From positions 96,001-160,000 of the forward strand of contig CAWGED010000019.1 in NCBI GenBank assembly GCA_963821525.1: DNA of 64,000 bases, in the 5' to 3' direction. Position numbers and translations under genes: made by a program. Each line of letters opens with the position of its first letter. The stretch's first letter is position 1. Under the pieces are notes generated by a model. That model was not told where the DNA came from. It ran no database searches and was given only the letters and a program-made list of their open reading frames with translations. Shown in pieces: positions 22,436 through 33,028 of this stretch. Source of the stretch: an uncultured Gemmatimonadales bacterium. Its GTDB lineage: Bacteria > Gemmatimonadota > Gemmatimonadetes > Gemmatimonadales > GWC2-71-9.

Positions 22436-23094
22436 TAGGGCTGTCCTTTCACAGAAGAGTCGGGCGCAGTCACCCGATACACGTATACGAAGCGCTGCAC
22501 TACGGTGATCACCGACGTCACGGCGAGCAGCGTCACGATCCCGAAGAGAATCAGGCCTTGGGGTCCCTGGCCGAAGATCACCGTGGGGACTCCGGTCAGC
22601 ACGATACGCTCCGCCCGCTGAACCATTCCAACCTTGCAATCGATGCCCAGACCCTCGGCCCGGGCCCTGGCATACGACACGATCAGCGAGGCGATCATCG
22701 CCACCATCGAGATGATGACGGCTCCCTCGCGCCACACCACCAGATCGGGCGGCGCCATGAGGTAGTAGACCGCGATCCCCATGAACGTCGCCCCGTCGCC
22801 CACCCGGTCCAGCGTCGAATCGTAGAAGGCGCCGAACTTGGTCACCTGCCCGTTGGCCCGGGCCACCGCACCATCCAGCGTGTCTACGATTCCACTTACC
22901 AGGTACAGCAGCCCACCCAGGCGAATGTGCCCCACCGCAAAGGCGACCGCCGAGGCCACCACCAGGAGCGTACCCACCGTCGTGATCACGTTGGGCGACA
23001 CTCCCCGCCGGATCAGACCGTCCACCACCGGTCTGGTCAGGCCGTAAAACACCTGCTCGATCGGCTTGGTGATGAGCTTCACCTGGGGAGCCAC
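22435..23094 (-). CDS. pgsA: CDP-alcohol phosphatidyltransferase (phosphatidylinositol-phosphate synthase-like)
   Basis: DTLDGAVAR..GAFYDSTLDR motif, SYARARAE, RAER; coupled to ino1. Confidence 0.92.
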   Translation of the reverse strand: MAPQVKLITKPIEQVFYGLTRPVVDGLIRRGVSPNVITTVGTLLVVASAVAFAVGHIRLGGLLYLVSGIVDTLDGAVARANGQVTKFGAFYDSTLDRVGDGATFMGIAVYYLMAPPDLVVWREGAVIISMVAMIASLIVSYARARAEGLGIDCKVGMVQRAERIVLTGVPTVIFGQGPQGLILFGIVTLLAVTSVITVVQRFVYVYRVTAPDSSVKGQP

Positions 23095-23190
23095 CTCGGG
23101 ATTCGACGGAGGGAGCCAGTCGGAGGCCCCGAAAACCGCGGCAAACTATAACCGAGAGAACGGGTTAGGGGAAGGCGCCGAAAGGGAATT

Positions 23191-23215
23191 CCGACCCCCC
23201 GTCCATGGGGGTCGG
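23191..23215 (-). terminator. GC-rich hairpin downstream of namZ
   Basis: ccgacccccc-gtccat-gggggtcgg, weak U-tract. Confidence 0.45.
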
Positions 23216-23232
23216 GGACTTGAGCCTGGGGA

Positions 23233-24456
23233 TCACTCAGGATAGAGCAAAAACGGCCTCCGGCGGGTGAGAAAATCTCCCCGAGCCCGCTCCCAATCGG
23301 CGACTTGATCGGTGAAGATCTGCTTACCCAGCTGTCCTCCATCCCCGGCCAGCCGGTCGAACTGCCGTTGCAGCAGACTCAGGCCGGAATGACTGAGGAT
23401 CTGAAGCAGGCGGACCGCCGTGCGGGTGGGGTCATACGTGGACCGATCCACCACCCGGAACCGGATCCCTTGAACCAGGGTGTCGGCATACTTCCCATCC
23501 CCCGGCTGGCGCGGAGTAAACGTCACGCCGCTGAAATCGATACCTGGCAGCCGCTCTTCGCGAAGGCGTGGATAAGACCTTCGCGGTGTCCAGCCACGGA
23601 GCGCCGATCTGCTCGAAGGGATGCTCGGTGCCCCGCCCTACCGAGAGGTTCGTCCCCTCGAACAGGCATACTCCCGGATAGTGAATGAGGGCCTCGACGC
23701 TCTTGAGGTTGGGACTGGGCGGCAGGAAGGGGAGGCCAGTCTGGTCGAAGTACAGGGAGCGTTTCCATCCCTTGGCCGGAACTACATGGAGCTCGGTATC
23801 GAGCTTCAAGTCGTGCCGAGCGAGCAGAGCGAGTTCGCCCAGCGTCATCCCGTGGCGCATCGGGATCGCCAGCAGGCCAACCGGCGAAGCAAAAGCCGGG
23901 TCGAGCACGTTGCCCTGCACCGCGCCTCCGATCGGATTCGGCCGGTCGAGCACCACTACCGGAATGCGATGCCGGGCCGCAGATCGCATGACCTCCGTCG
24001 TCGTAAACAGATAGGTGTAATAGCGGGCCCCGGCGTCCTGCAGATCCACCAACAGGACATCAATGCCGGTCACCATCTCGTCGGACGGTGCGGTATTAGC
24101 CCCATAGAGGCTGTAGATTGGAAGACCAGTCGCAGAATCGGTCGAAGATCCTACTGCGGCGCCGGGCGCTGCGGTGCCGCGAAAACCGTGTTCGGGACTG
24201 AACAGCGCGACCAGATTGACACCGGCTCCACGGAGACGCTCGACATCACTCACGCCCTTGGAATCCACTCCGGCCTGATTGGTCACGAGACCCACCCGGC
24301 GGCGGCGCACCAATTGCATGCTGTCGGTGAGCAGGACCTCGATACCCGGTCGGATCCGGTCGGCGGCGGCGCCACCGGCCCCTGGCCGGGACAAGTGGCC
24401 GGGAAGCCCAGGACTCCCAGAACGCAGAGCCAAAATTGCGAAGCAGACGGTTTCAT
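23233..24456 (-). CDS. namZ: DUF1343 / NamZ exo-beta-N-acetylmuramidase, frameshifted
   Basis: GLVTNQAG, LFSPEHGFRG, DLQDAGARYYTY, LDRPNP, RHGMTLGE, PSPNL, SVGRGT. Confidence 0.93.
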
Positions 24457-24477
24457 TCTGTTCGGTCGTTCCTCCCC

Positions 24478-26247
24478 ATGATGGCCAGTGCTTCGCTCCT
24501 TCTCGGCGCGAGCCTTTTTGCGTCTCCAGCCCGCGGACAAGACTCGGTTCGAGTGGCTCAGGCCCTGGACTCCGCACGGGTCGAGCACCTGATCGACTCC
24601 CTCCCGCTGCGGGATCGTGTAGCCCAACTGATCATGCCGTGGATTCCCGGGAACTACGCTGCCTTCGATGACAGCGCGTTCTCGGTCATGCAGGGCTGGG
24701 TGGATTCGCTCCACGTGGGCGGCATCATCGTGTCGATCGGCTCGCCGCTGGACGTCGCCTCGAAGCTGAACCGGTTACAGGTCCGCTCGCCACTCGCGCT
24801 CCTGATCGGCGCCGACCTGGAAAGCGGCAGCACCTTCCGGCTGGTTGGAGGCACGCCCTTCCCCTCCAATATGGGCGTGGCCGCGACCGGATCGGAACGG
24901 GATGCCTATGAGGTGGGACGGGTGACGGCGCTGGAAGGTCGCGCCGTGGGCATTCACATCACGTTCGCCCCGGTGGCCGATGTCAACAACAATCCGGCCA
25001 ATCCGATCATCAATACCCGCTCGTTCGGTGAAAATCCTCAGCTCGTCGGCGTGCTGGTAGCCGCCGCCATCCGCGGGTTGCAGGAGAACGGGATGATGGC
25101 CACTGCGAAGCACTTCCCTGGCCACGGCGACACCGACGTCGATTCCCACATCTCGATGCCGGTCATGAAGGGCGACTGGAGCCGGCTCACCAACCTGGAG
25201 CTGCAACCGTTCCGCTCGGCGATCAACGCCGGAGTGGCCCTGGTGATGTCGGCTCACATCGCGATGCCGGGCCTGACCGGTGACAGCACGCTGCCGGCTA
25301 CGCTCTCGCCCGAGGTGCTCACCGGATTGCTCCGCGATTCCTTGCACTTCAAGGGAGTTGCGGTGACCGACGCGCTTGGTATGGGTGGAATCGTGAACCG
25401 CTATGGCGCGGGCGAAGCCGCGGTGCTGGCTCTCATTGCCGGAGCCGATCTCCTCCTGCAACCGGCTGATCCCAAGACGGCCCTCGACGCCGTCACGACG
25501 GCGGTCGAGTCGGGACGAATCTCCCAGGAGCGGATCAACGAGTCGGTCCGCCGAATTCTGACGATGAAGAGCCAGCTCGGATTGCTCGACCGGCGATCGG
25601 TACAGCTGGAGCGGGTTCCCGAAGTCGTGGGCCGGGCGGAGTTTCTCGCGGTCGCCCGCGATATCGCGCGACGCTCGATCGTACTGGTGAATGACAGCGG
25701 CTCCGTGGTAGACAGCCTGCGCGCGCGGCGCCGGCCGATCTCCCTCGTCATCTACGGAGACGAGAACATGCCCACCGCAGGCAACCAGCTCGCCGCCCAG
25801 CTCCGGGCCGAGGGATTTCCCGTGAATACCTTCCGGTTGTGGCCAGCGAGCGGTCCCGCGAGTTACGATTCGGCTAAGGCTGCGTTGCGGAAGAACAGCG
25901 TCGCGATGTTCGCCGTGTCGGTCAAGGCAACGGCGAACAAGGGAACCGTGGCCATGCCGGAGCCGCTCGCGAAACTCATTGACCAGACCGCCAAGAAGCG
26001 GCGCACGGTGCTGGCTTCACTGGGTTCGCCGTACATCGCGCAGCAGACGCCCCACGTCGGCAGCTACATGCTGGCCTGGAATTCGAATGCGGTCACCGAA
26101 TGGGCCCTCGCCAAGGCTATTGCCGGCAGGTCTGACATCACCGGACGCCTTCCCATTACCCTCACCCGAAGCTATCCGCTCGGCTACGGAATTCAGCGGA
26201 AAGCGACCCGGGACACCTTCGGCCAGGCGGCCAGCGGCCAGCCTTAA
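24478..26247 (+). CDS. nagZ: GH3 beta-N-acetylhexosaminidase with signal peptide
   Basis: KHFPGHGDTDVDSH NagZ signature, TDALGM, hydrophobic N-terminus. Confidence 0.93.
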   Translation: MMASASLLLGASLFASPARGQDSVRVAQALDSARVEHLIDSLPLRDRVAQLIMPWIPGNYAAFDDSAFSVMQGWVDSLHVGGIIVSIGSPLDVASKLNRLQVRSPLALLIGADLESGSTFRLVGGTPFPSNMGVAATGSERDAYEVGRVTALEGRAVGIHITFAPVADVNNNPANPIINTRSFGENPQLVGVLVAAAIRGLQENGMMATAKHFPGHGDTDVDSHISMPVMKGDWSRLTNLELQPFRSAINAGVALVMSAHIAMPGLTGDSTLPATLSPEVLTGLLRDSLHFKGVAVTDALGMGGIVNRYGAGEAAVLALIAGADLLLQPADPKTALDAVTTAVESGRISQERINESVRRILTMKSQLGLLDRRSVQLERVPEVVGRAEFLAVARDIARRSIVLVNDSGSVVDSLRARRRPISLVIYGDENMPTAGNQLAAQLRAEGFPVNTFRLWPASGPASYDSAKAALRKNSVAMFAVSVKATANKGTVAMPEPLAKLIDQTAKKRRTVLASLGSPYIAQQTPHVGSYMLAWNSNAVTEWALAKAIAGRSDITGRLPITLTRSYPLGYGIQRKATRDTFGQAASGQP

Positions 26248-26251
26248 CAGC

Positions 26252-27466
26252 GTGTTCGTCCTGCGTTGGTCCCGATTCATCGGCGCGTTGGTCGTTTCGG
26301 CCTGCCATTACTATCCGCCGGGCAAGCCTGCAGAACCGGTGGATGTCCAGCCGATCGAGTGGACCTCCGTCATCCACTACCTCGATTCGGTCACCGCGCA
26401 GGGCGCGGCACCCGGCGCCGTACTCGGAGTCAGCCAGAGAGGGCACCGATTCGTGTACGGGAGCGGCCGCCTCGGCGAAGGCGACTCCACCCGCCCCGAC
26501 GGTGAGACCCTCTACGATCTCGCCTCGCTGACCAAAGTCATAGCGCTGACCACGATGACCATGTTCGCCGTGCAGAACGGCAAGCTGGAGCTGGATACTC
26601 CGGTCTGGCGCTACGTGCCCGCCTTCCGAGGAGAAGCGAAGGACAGCATCACCATCCGGATGCTCCTGATGCACGCCAGCGGACTTCCGGCATGGCGGCC
26701 GCTGTATCGGGAGACGCGCACTCGAGCGGCGGCGCTGGCGCTGGTGGATACGACCGCCCTCACATCGAAGCCCGGGTCCCACTTCGAGTATTCCGACCTT
26801 GGCGCGATTGTCTTGACTCAGGCAGTTGAAGCCGTGCTCGGGCACCGGATCGATACCCTCGCGACCCGTGAGATCTTCACCAGGCTCGGCATGCAGTCCA
26901 CGCGTTACCTCCCGCCATCGAGCTGGGTTTCGCGCATCGCGCCGACCGAGGACGACCCGTGGCGCGGCCGAATGCTTCGCGGCGAAGTGCACGACGAGAA
27001 CGCGTCGCGGCTGGAAGGCGTGTCCGGACACGCGGGGCTGTTCAGTGATGCGGACGACCTCTTGACCTTTGCCGAATGGCTGCTGAGCCAGGAGGATCGA
27101 GGGATCGTCTCGGGTGAAAAGTCCCGCTCATGTCTGGAAGCGCCAATGAGCGCGCCTTCGCTGCTGCCCGGCGTGCTCGCCGAGTTCACCCGGAGGCAGC
27201 GCCTGGTGCCAGGCTCAAGCCGGGCGCTCGGCTGGGACACCCCTTCGGAAGGGAGCAGTGCCGGCAATCGCCTCTCGGAACACGCCTTTGGCCATACCGG
27301 GTTCACCGGTACCTCCATCTGGATCGACCCCGACCGGTGTCTGGCCATCGTACTTCTGAGCAATCGGGTCCATCCTACTCGGGAGAACAACCGCTGGGGT
27401 CCAGTCCGGGCCCAGGTAGCCAACCGAGTCGTTGTCACCCTCGACGCAAGTGCCGCTTCTCATTGA
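26252..27466 (+). CDS. Serine hydrolase, beta-lactamase fold (AmiE-like), probable lipoprotein
   Basis: ASLTK, YSD, GEVHDENA..GVSGHAGLFS, GHTGFTGTSIWID; VSAC lipobox-like. Confidence 0.9.
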   Translation: MFVLRWSRFIGALVVSACHYYPPGKPAEPVDVQPIEWTSVIHYLDSVTAQGAAPGAVLGVSQRGHRFVYGSGRLGEGDSTRPDGETLYDLASLTKVIALTTMTMFAVQNGKLELDTPVWRYVPAFRGEAKDSITIRMLLMHASGLPAWRPLYRETRTRAAALALVDTTALTSKPGSHFEYSDLGAIVLTQAVEAVLGHRIDTLATREIFTRLGMQSTRYLPPSSWVSRIAPTEDDPWRGRMLRGEVHDENASRLEGVSGHAGLFSDADDLLTFAEWLLSQEDRGIVSGEKSRSCLEAPMSAPSLLPGVLAEFTRRQRLVPGSSRALGWDTPSEGSSAGNRLSEHAFGHTGFTGTSIWIDPDRCLAIVLLSNRVHPTRENNRWGPVRAQVANRVVVTLDASAASH

Positions 27467-27507
27467 GCCGCAGTGAGTTAGCCCGTCCCCCCGAAGATTT
27501 CGCTTCG

Positions 27508-27536
27508 TTGACATAGGCCCTTGAAGGATCTAATTT
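27508..27536 (+). promoter_or_regulatory. Sigma70-type promoter of iscA (TTGACA-N17-TAATTT)
   Basis: Perfect -35, 17-nt spacer, then AAGGAG RBS and ATG at 27562. Confidence 0.7.
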
Positions 27537-27561
27537 TTACAGGTCTACCAAGGAGCATGAG

Positions 27562-27930
27562 ATGGCAGCCATTCAGCCGCAGGTCGCGACCCAGGGATTC
27601 AACCTGATTCTCACCGACCGTGCCGCCGAAGAGGTAAGGAAGTTCATGGAGGCCGAGCAGGTGCCGGTCGAGAGCGCAGGCCTCAGGGTCAGCGTGCTCC
27701 CCGGTGGATGCTCGGGATTCAAGTACAGCCTGAACATCGAAGAGCGGGCACTGGAGGATGACGCCGTCGTCGAAGTGAGCGGCGTGCGAGTGTTCGTTGA
27801 TGGATTCAGCCTGCAGTACCTGAGCGGAATCACGATCGACTATACCTCATCGATGCAGGGCTCCGGATTCACATTCAATAATCCCAACGCCTCCGGTGGA
27901 TGCGGGTGCGGGAGCAGCTTTACGGCGTAA
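27562..27930 (+). CDS. iscA: A-type Fe-S carrier (HesB/IscA/ErpA)
   Basis: GGCSGFKY and NPNA..CGCGSSF. Confidence 0.95.
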   Translation: MAAIQPQVATQGFNLILTDRAAEEVRKFMEAEQVPVESAGLRVSVLPGGCSGFKYSLNIEERALEDDAVVEVSGVRVFVDGFSLQYLSGITIDYTSSMQGSGFTFNNPNASGGCGCGSSFTA

Positions 27931-28077
27931 GACGTGAGACGTGAGACGTAAATTGGGGAGCGAAGGCCAGGAGGGCCGCCGCTCCCCTTCGCATATCTGG
28001 GAGTTGCGTTTTACCCTTCTCACTTCTCACTTCTTACTTCTCACGCAGTTGCAGGTCTCACTTCTCACGTCTCACCC
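27931..28077. repeat. Inverted pair of (GTGAGAC) vs (TTCTCAC) heptamer arrays around an internal hairpin
   Basis: gacgtgagacgtgagacgtaa ... ggggagcg..cgctcccc ... cttctcacttctcacttcttacttctcacg..tctcacttctcacgtctcac. Confidence 0.85.
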
Positions 28078-28099
28078 AACAGACGTCCGACCCTTACCC

Positions 28100-29591
28100 C
28101 GGGGCTCCCCTGCACCCCCTCGATCTCGGCATCATCGTCGTGTACTTCGTCCTGACGCTCGGCGTCGGGTTCTGGGTATCGCGACACCAGAAGACCGCGG
28201 GAGATTACTTCCTCGGAGCCCGCGACCTCCCGGCGTGGGCCATCCTGCTTTCGATCGTCGCGACCGAGACCTCGGCCCTCACGGTCATCTCGGTTCCTTC
28301 GATCGCCGCGCGGGGCGACCTCACCTTTCTGCAGCTCCCGCTCGGCTATCTGCTCGGACGCCTGGCCGTGGCGCGGTGGCTCCTGCCCGGATACTTCAGC
28401 GGGCATCAGGACACGGCGTACGTCCGTCTGGAGAAGCGGTTCGGGCCCAGCACCCGTCGGCTGGCATCGGTCATCTTCCTGGTGACGCGCCTCCTGGCCG
28501 ACGGGGTGCGGGTGTATGCCAGTGCGGTTCCGCTCGCGCTGATCACCGGATGGGGGATTCCCCTCTCGATCGTGATGATGAGCCTCATCACCATGGTCTA
28601 CACCTGGCATGGGGGGCTCAAGGCGGTAGTGTGGACCGATGTGGTCCAGTGGTGCGTGTATGTCTCGGCGGGCATCGCCGCATTGTTGATCGCGTGCTCA
28701 CTCGCGGGAGGCGCGCCGGCCGCCTTCTCCGCCGCAGCGGCGGCCGGCAAGCTGCGGGTCCTCGATTTCCGCCTCGATCTCGCGATCCCTTACACCTTCC
28801 TCGGCGGCCTGATCGGCGGCGGGATGCTTACCGCTGCGTCGCATGGGACGGACCAACTGATCGTGCAGCGGCTGCTTGCGAGTCAGAGCCTTGGCAATGC
28901 ACGTCGCGCCCTGGTGGGCTCCGGCATCGTGGTGCTCCTCCAGTTCACGCTCTTCATGTTGATCGGCACCGCGATCTGGGCTGCTGGATTCGCCCCGGCA
29001 AACCTGCCCGCCGACCAGATCTTTCCCCGCTTCATCGTGGAGCACCTGCCCGCCGGTCTCTCGGGACTGCTCATCGCGGCGATTCTCGCGGCAACGATGG
29101 GTACCCACAGTTCGGCGATCAGCGCCCTCGCGTCTTCGATGACCCACGATCTCTACTCGTCCTACACCGGGGTGACGGATCCCGCTCGTTTGCTCAAGAT
29201 TGGTCGCGCCATGTCCTTGCTCTGGGGGATCCTGGTCACGGTCGCGGCGCTGGTCTTTCACCTGGTCGCCGGTAGCGGCCAGACCCCGGTCGTGGTGTTC
29301 GCGCTGTCGATCGCGTCGATCACCTATGGGGCGCTGCTTGGAGCATATCTGCTGGCCGGGCAGTGGCCTCGGGCCACCGGCCGTGACGTTATCGGCGGGA
29401 TCAGCGTCGGACTCGTCCTCATGCTCGTGGTGTTCTTCTCCGGGCGCCTCTCCGGTTGGCCTCCTCTTGGTTTCCTCGCGCCGGTTAGCCACTTGGCCTG
29501 GCCCTGGTATGTGCCCCTTGGTACCCTGCTTACCTTCGGAGCGGGTGTGCTGCTCAGTCTTCTCTCACAGCCGAGGACCCAGGCCGCATGA
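28100..29591 (+). CDS. Sodium:solute symporter (SSS); start approximate
   Basis: DYFLGAR, SIVATETSALT, GGLKAVVWTD, HGTDQLIVQRLL. Confidence 0.93.
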
Positions 29592-30499
29592 GTCGGATCA
29601 CGATCGGCGTTGATGTCGGCGGGACCAAGACCGCCGCGGCCGTCGCGATTGACGGGAAGGAAGTCTCGCGCGCCGAGGGCGTGGGCGGCGCAGTGCGTCC
29701 TGGACGGGCGCTCGCCTCGGCCACCGTCATCGCCGAAACAGTGCGGCGCGCCCTGGCCGCTGCCGGCAAGCTGCGAGGGACCGTCCTGATGGTCGGAGCC
29801 TCGGGCGCCGGACGTCCCGAGGAACGGGATGAACTGCGTTCCGCCCTCAGGTCGGAGGAACTGGCGGATCAGATCCACATCACCGGCGACATCGAGATTG
29901 CGCTGGCGGCGGCGTTCGGAAACGATCCGGGGATCGTGGTGACTTCGGGGACCGGCAGCGTCGCCGTGGCCCGTGATTCCTTCGGCCGGCTGCACCGGGC
30001 TGGAGGATACGGCTGGCAAATGGGGGACGAGGGGAGTGGTTACGCCGTGAGCCGCGCGGGGCTCGGCGCCGTGGGGCGGGCGGCGGACGGGCGCAGTCCC
30101 AAGACGGTGTTGAGCAAGCTGCTCCTGGAAGCGACTCACTCCGAGACCATGGACCAACTCATCCGCTGGGCGGCCAAGGCCTCTCCCGCGGAAGTCGCCT
30201 CCCTGGCTCCCTCCATCATGATCGGCGCGGCAGAGGGAGACACCGTGGCACAAGGCATTCTCGACTACGCCGCACGCGAGCTGGCCCAGCTGGCCCTTCA
30301 GTTACTGCAGCATTTCGGCGTGGACGAGCGGACCCAGGTGGGGGTCGCGACCAATGGCGGGCTGCTCAAGGGTCAAAGCGCGCTCCGACGCATGCTGTTC
30401 CAGCGCCTTCATGACGAACCCCGCTTCAGGCTGATCGAAGATCCAATCGATCCGCCGCGGGGAGCCTTGTTCCTTGCGAATACGGTTGGCCCGACCTAA
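29588..30499 (+). CDS. BadF/BadG/BcrA/BcrD-family amino-sugar kinase (GlcNAc/MurNAc kinase-like)
   Basis: GVDVGGTKT, GTGS, GGYGWQMGDEGSG; ATGA overlap with the symporter. Confidence 0.88.
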   Translation: MSRITIGVDVGGTKTAAAVAIDGKEVSRAEGVGGAVRPGRALASATVIAETVRRALAAAGKLRGTVLMVGASGAGRPEERDELRSALRSEELADQIHITGDIEIALAAAFGNDPGIVVTSGTGSVAVARDSFGRLHRAGGYGWQMGDEGSGYAVSRAGLGAVGRAADGRSPKTVLSKLLLEATHSETMDQLIRWAAKASPAEVASLAPSIMIGAAEGDTVAQGILDYAARELAQLALQLLQHFGVDERTQVGVATNGGLLKGQSALRRMLFQRLHDEPRFRLIEDPIDPPRGALFLANTVGPT

Positions 30500-30503
30500 A
30501 CAG

Positions 30504-30603
30504 CGTGAGAAGTAAGAGGTGAGAAGTGAGAAGGGGAACGCAGGCAGATGATGCCTCGTTCCCCTTCTTCTTCACCTCTCACTTCTCACCTCTTACTTCT
30601 CAC
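30504..30603. repeat. About 100-nt near-perfect hairpin of (GTGAGAA)/(TTCTCAC) arrays between convergent genes; likely bidirectional terminator
   Basis: gcgtgagaagtaagaggtgagaagtgagaaggggaacg..cgttccccttcttcttcacctctcacttctcacctcttacttctcacgc. Confidence 0.88.
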
Positions 30604-32152
30604 GCTTTTGGCTTGGCATTCCGCAGCCTGCTGTGCCTGGCTCCATACAGGAAGTAGATCACCAGGCCAACCAGCAGCCAGATGCCGAACCGAATCCAGG
30701 TGATGCCGGGCAGCTTGTACATCAGGTAGAAGCAGGCGACGATCGAAATCATCGGCGTGATGGGAACCCAGGGTACCCGGAACGGCCGCGGGCGGTCGGG
30801 GTCGGTTCGTCGCAGCACGATCACGCCCGATCGAGACCAGAATGAAGGCGAACAGCGTCCCGATGTTGGTCAGGTCCACCACCTCCGCGATGTTGGCGAA
30901 GGCCGCGAAGGTCGCGACGAAGAGTCCGGTCAGGATGGTGCCGACGTACGGAGTCTTGAACTCGCGGGTGAACCTCGGCAGGAACGGCGGCAGGAGCCCG
31001 TCCCGCGCCATCGACATGAAGATCCGCGGCTGACCCAGCTGGAAGACCAGCAGAACGCTGCCCATCGCGATCACGGCGCCGAGCGCGATGATCAAGTCGT
31101 GAGGCCTTGATGAGTTGCCGGCGGGCCGTCCGCGAACTGCAGCGCGGTGATCATGGGCTCCGCCGTGCCGAGTTGCTGCCAGGGCGCGATGCCCGGTCAT
31201 CACCACCGAGAGTGGCGATGTACAGGATCGTGGTGCAACCACCAGGCTCATGATGATGCCGAACGGCATGTCCTTGGCCGGGTTCACGGCCTCCTCGGCG
31301 GCGGTCGAAACCGCATCGAAGCCGATGTAGCTGAAGAAAATGATGGCCGCCGCCGCGCTGATCCCTGCGAATCCGTTGGGCGCGAAGCCACCCGGTTAAC
31401 GGGGTCGTCCCAGTTGATCGGCTTGATGAAGAACGACACCCACCGCGAGGAAGAAGAGGATGATGCCGATCTTGAGCAGCACCATCGCATTGTTCGAATT
31501 GGCCGACTCCTTGATGCCGATGACCAGGAGCACGGTAATGGCCGCCACCACCAGGAACGCCGGCAGGTTGGCGATGACCGGAAATCCGAAGAGGTGCGGA
31601 GCGGTGGTCAGCGCCGAGGCCACGTACGCGTTGGTGGCATCCGTGGCGCCCGGCCTTGATGGCGTCGGCCGCCATGTGCGCCGAGCGCACGTCGGTGGCA
31701 AGCCAGGCCGGCAACGAGAGCCCGAAATGGCTCAGCAGCTCGCGGAAATAGCCGGCCCAGCCGATGGCCACTCCGATATTTCCCACCGCGTATTCGACGA
31801 TCAGGTCCCACCCGATGATCCACGCCACGAACTCGCCCAGCGAGGCGTAGGCATAGGTGTACGCCGACCCGGCGATGGGCACCATCGCCGCGAACTCGGC
31901 ATAGCACAGCGCGGCAAAGCCGCACGCCACAGCGGTCAGGACGAAGGAGAAGACGATCGCGGGCCCGGCCCCGGGTCGCAGCGGATCGCCCGCGATGGCG
32001 GTTCCGGTCGTGGCGAAAATCCCGGCGCCGATCGTAGCGCCGACGCCCAGTGCGGTGAGATGCCACTTGTTGAGCGATCGCTTGAGTCCCCCTCGCTCGG
32101 CGATGTCGTTCTCGCAGTCGGCGATGGACTTCCGGACGAACAGATTGGCCAT
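30600..32152 (-). CDS. APC-family amino acid permease (cationic amino acid transporter-like), several frameshifts
   Basis: [61 protein letters not shown]. Confidence 0.92.
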
Positions 32153-32182
32153 GAGCCTTGGGTAGGAGAGTCTTTTGGAGAG

Positions 32183-32947
32183 TTACAGCGTGATGGTGAT
32201 TTCGGTCTTACCTGCCACCGGGAGGCCGTCGGGGCCGCGAGCGGGGCGGAACTCGTAGTTCATCATCGCCTCGAGAAATTTCCTGGCATAGCCGCGGTCG
32301 CGAATTTCCGGGTCGAGGTCGACCTTCTGCACCTTGCCAGCGGCATCAACCCAGAAGGTGACCCGGATCGCCTTCCCCCGAAGCTCCTTGGGGCTGTTCT
32401 CCGGGGGAATAACCCATCGTTTCTGCTGCGGCCCGGTTCCGACTCCACCAGCGCCACCGCCTTCCCCCGGACCGGTCCCCGTTCCAGTGCCGGGACCGAT
32501 TCCGCCGCCGGTTCCTCCTCCCGCGCCGGGGCCCGTTCCGCCTCCGCTGTCTCCCACCTCCGCATTCGCCGGTCCCGCACCGGCTTGAGTTACAGGAGTA
32601 TCCACCGGAACCGGTTGGACCGGTTCGGGCGTCTGCGCTTGTTCTACGACGGGAGGAGCGGTGGTTACCGGAGCCACAGGAGCGGACGGCCGCGGAGCGC
32701 TCGCGGGGAGGGAAATATACGCCTCACGGTTGCCTCCGCCACCACCGCCACCAGCAGTCAGCGCCTGGTGGCCCGCGCTCAGCACGCGGTACAACTCGCT
32801 GCCCCAGGGAGCGAGGATCAGCAGGACCACCGCGATGTGGAGCGCAAGAGATACCAGCATCCCCACCGGCGAACGCCGTCGCCTCGGTAATGCGAGCGCC
32901 GGGGCGGCAGACGAACGGGGGCGAGCGACTGCGGAAGATTCTGCCAT
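32183..32947 (-). CDS. TonB-like protein (TM anchor, Pro/Gly-rich linker, TonB_C-like domain)
   Basis: SLALH TM motif, GTGPG repeats, VTFWVDAAGKV, FRPARGPDGLPV. Confidence 0.75.
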   Translation of the reverse strand: MAESSAVARPRSSAAPALALPRRRRSPVGMLVSLALHIAVVLLILAPWGSELYRVLSAGHQALTAGGGGGGGNREAYISLPASAPRPSAPVAPVTTAPPVVEQAQTPEPVQPVPVDTPVTQAGAGPANAEVGDSGGGTGPGAGGGTGGGIGPGTGTGTGPGEGGGAGGVGTGPQQKRWVIPPENSPKELRGKAIRVTFWVDAAGKVQKVDLDPEIRDRGYARKFLEAMMNYEFRPARGPDGLPVAGKTEITITL

Positions 32948-32960
32948 GGCTGACCATACG

Positions 32961-33001
32961 AAAAATACACCGGGGAGTGCCGCCTTCGGCGCTCCCCGGT
33001 G
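32961..33001 (-). terminator. Intrinsic terminator after exbD
   Basis: Minus strand CACCGGGGAGCGCC-GAA-GGCGGCACTCCCCGGTG-TATTTTT. Confidence 0.65.
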
Positions 33002-33028
33002 GTGACGAACGGTTCTGCTGCTACCGCA

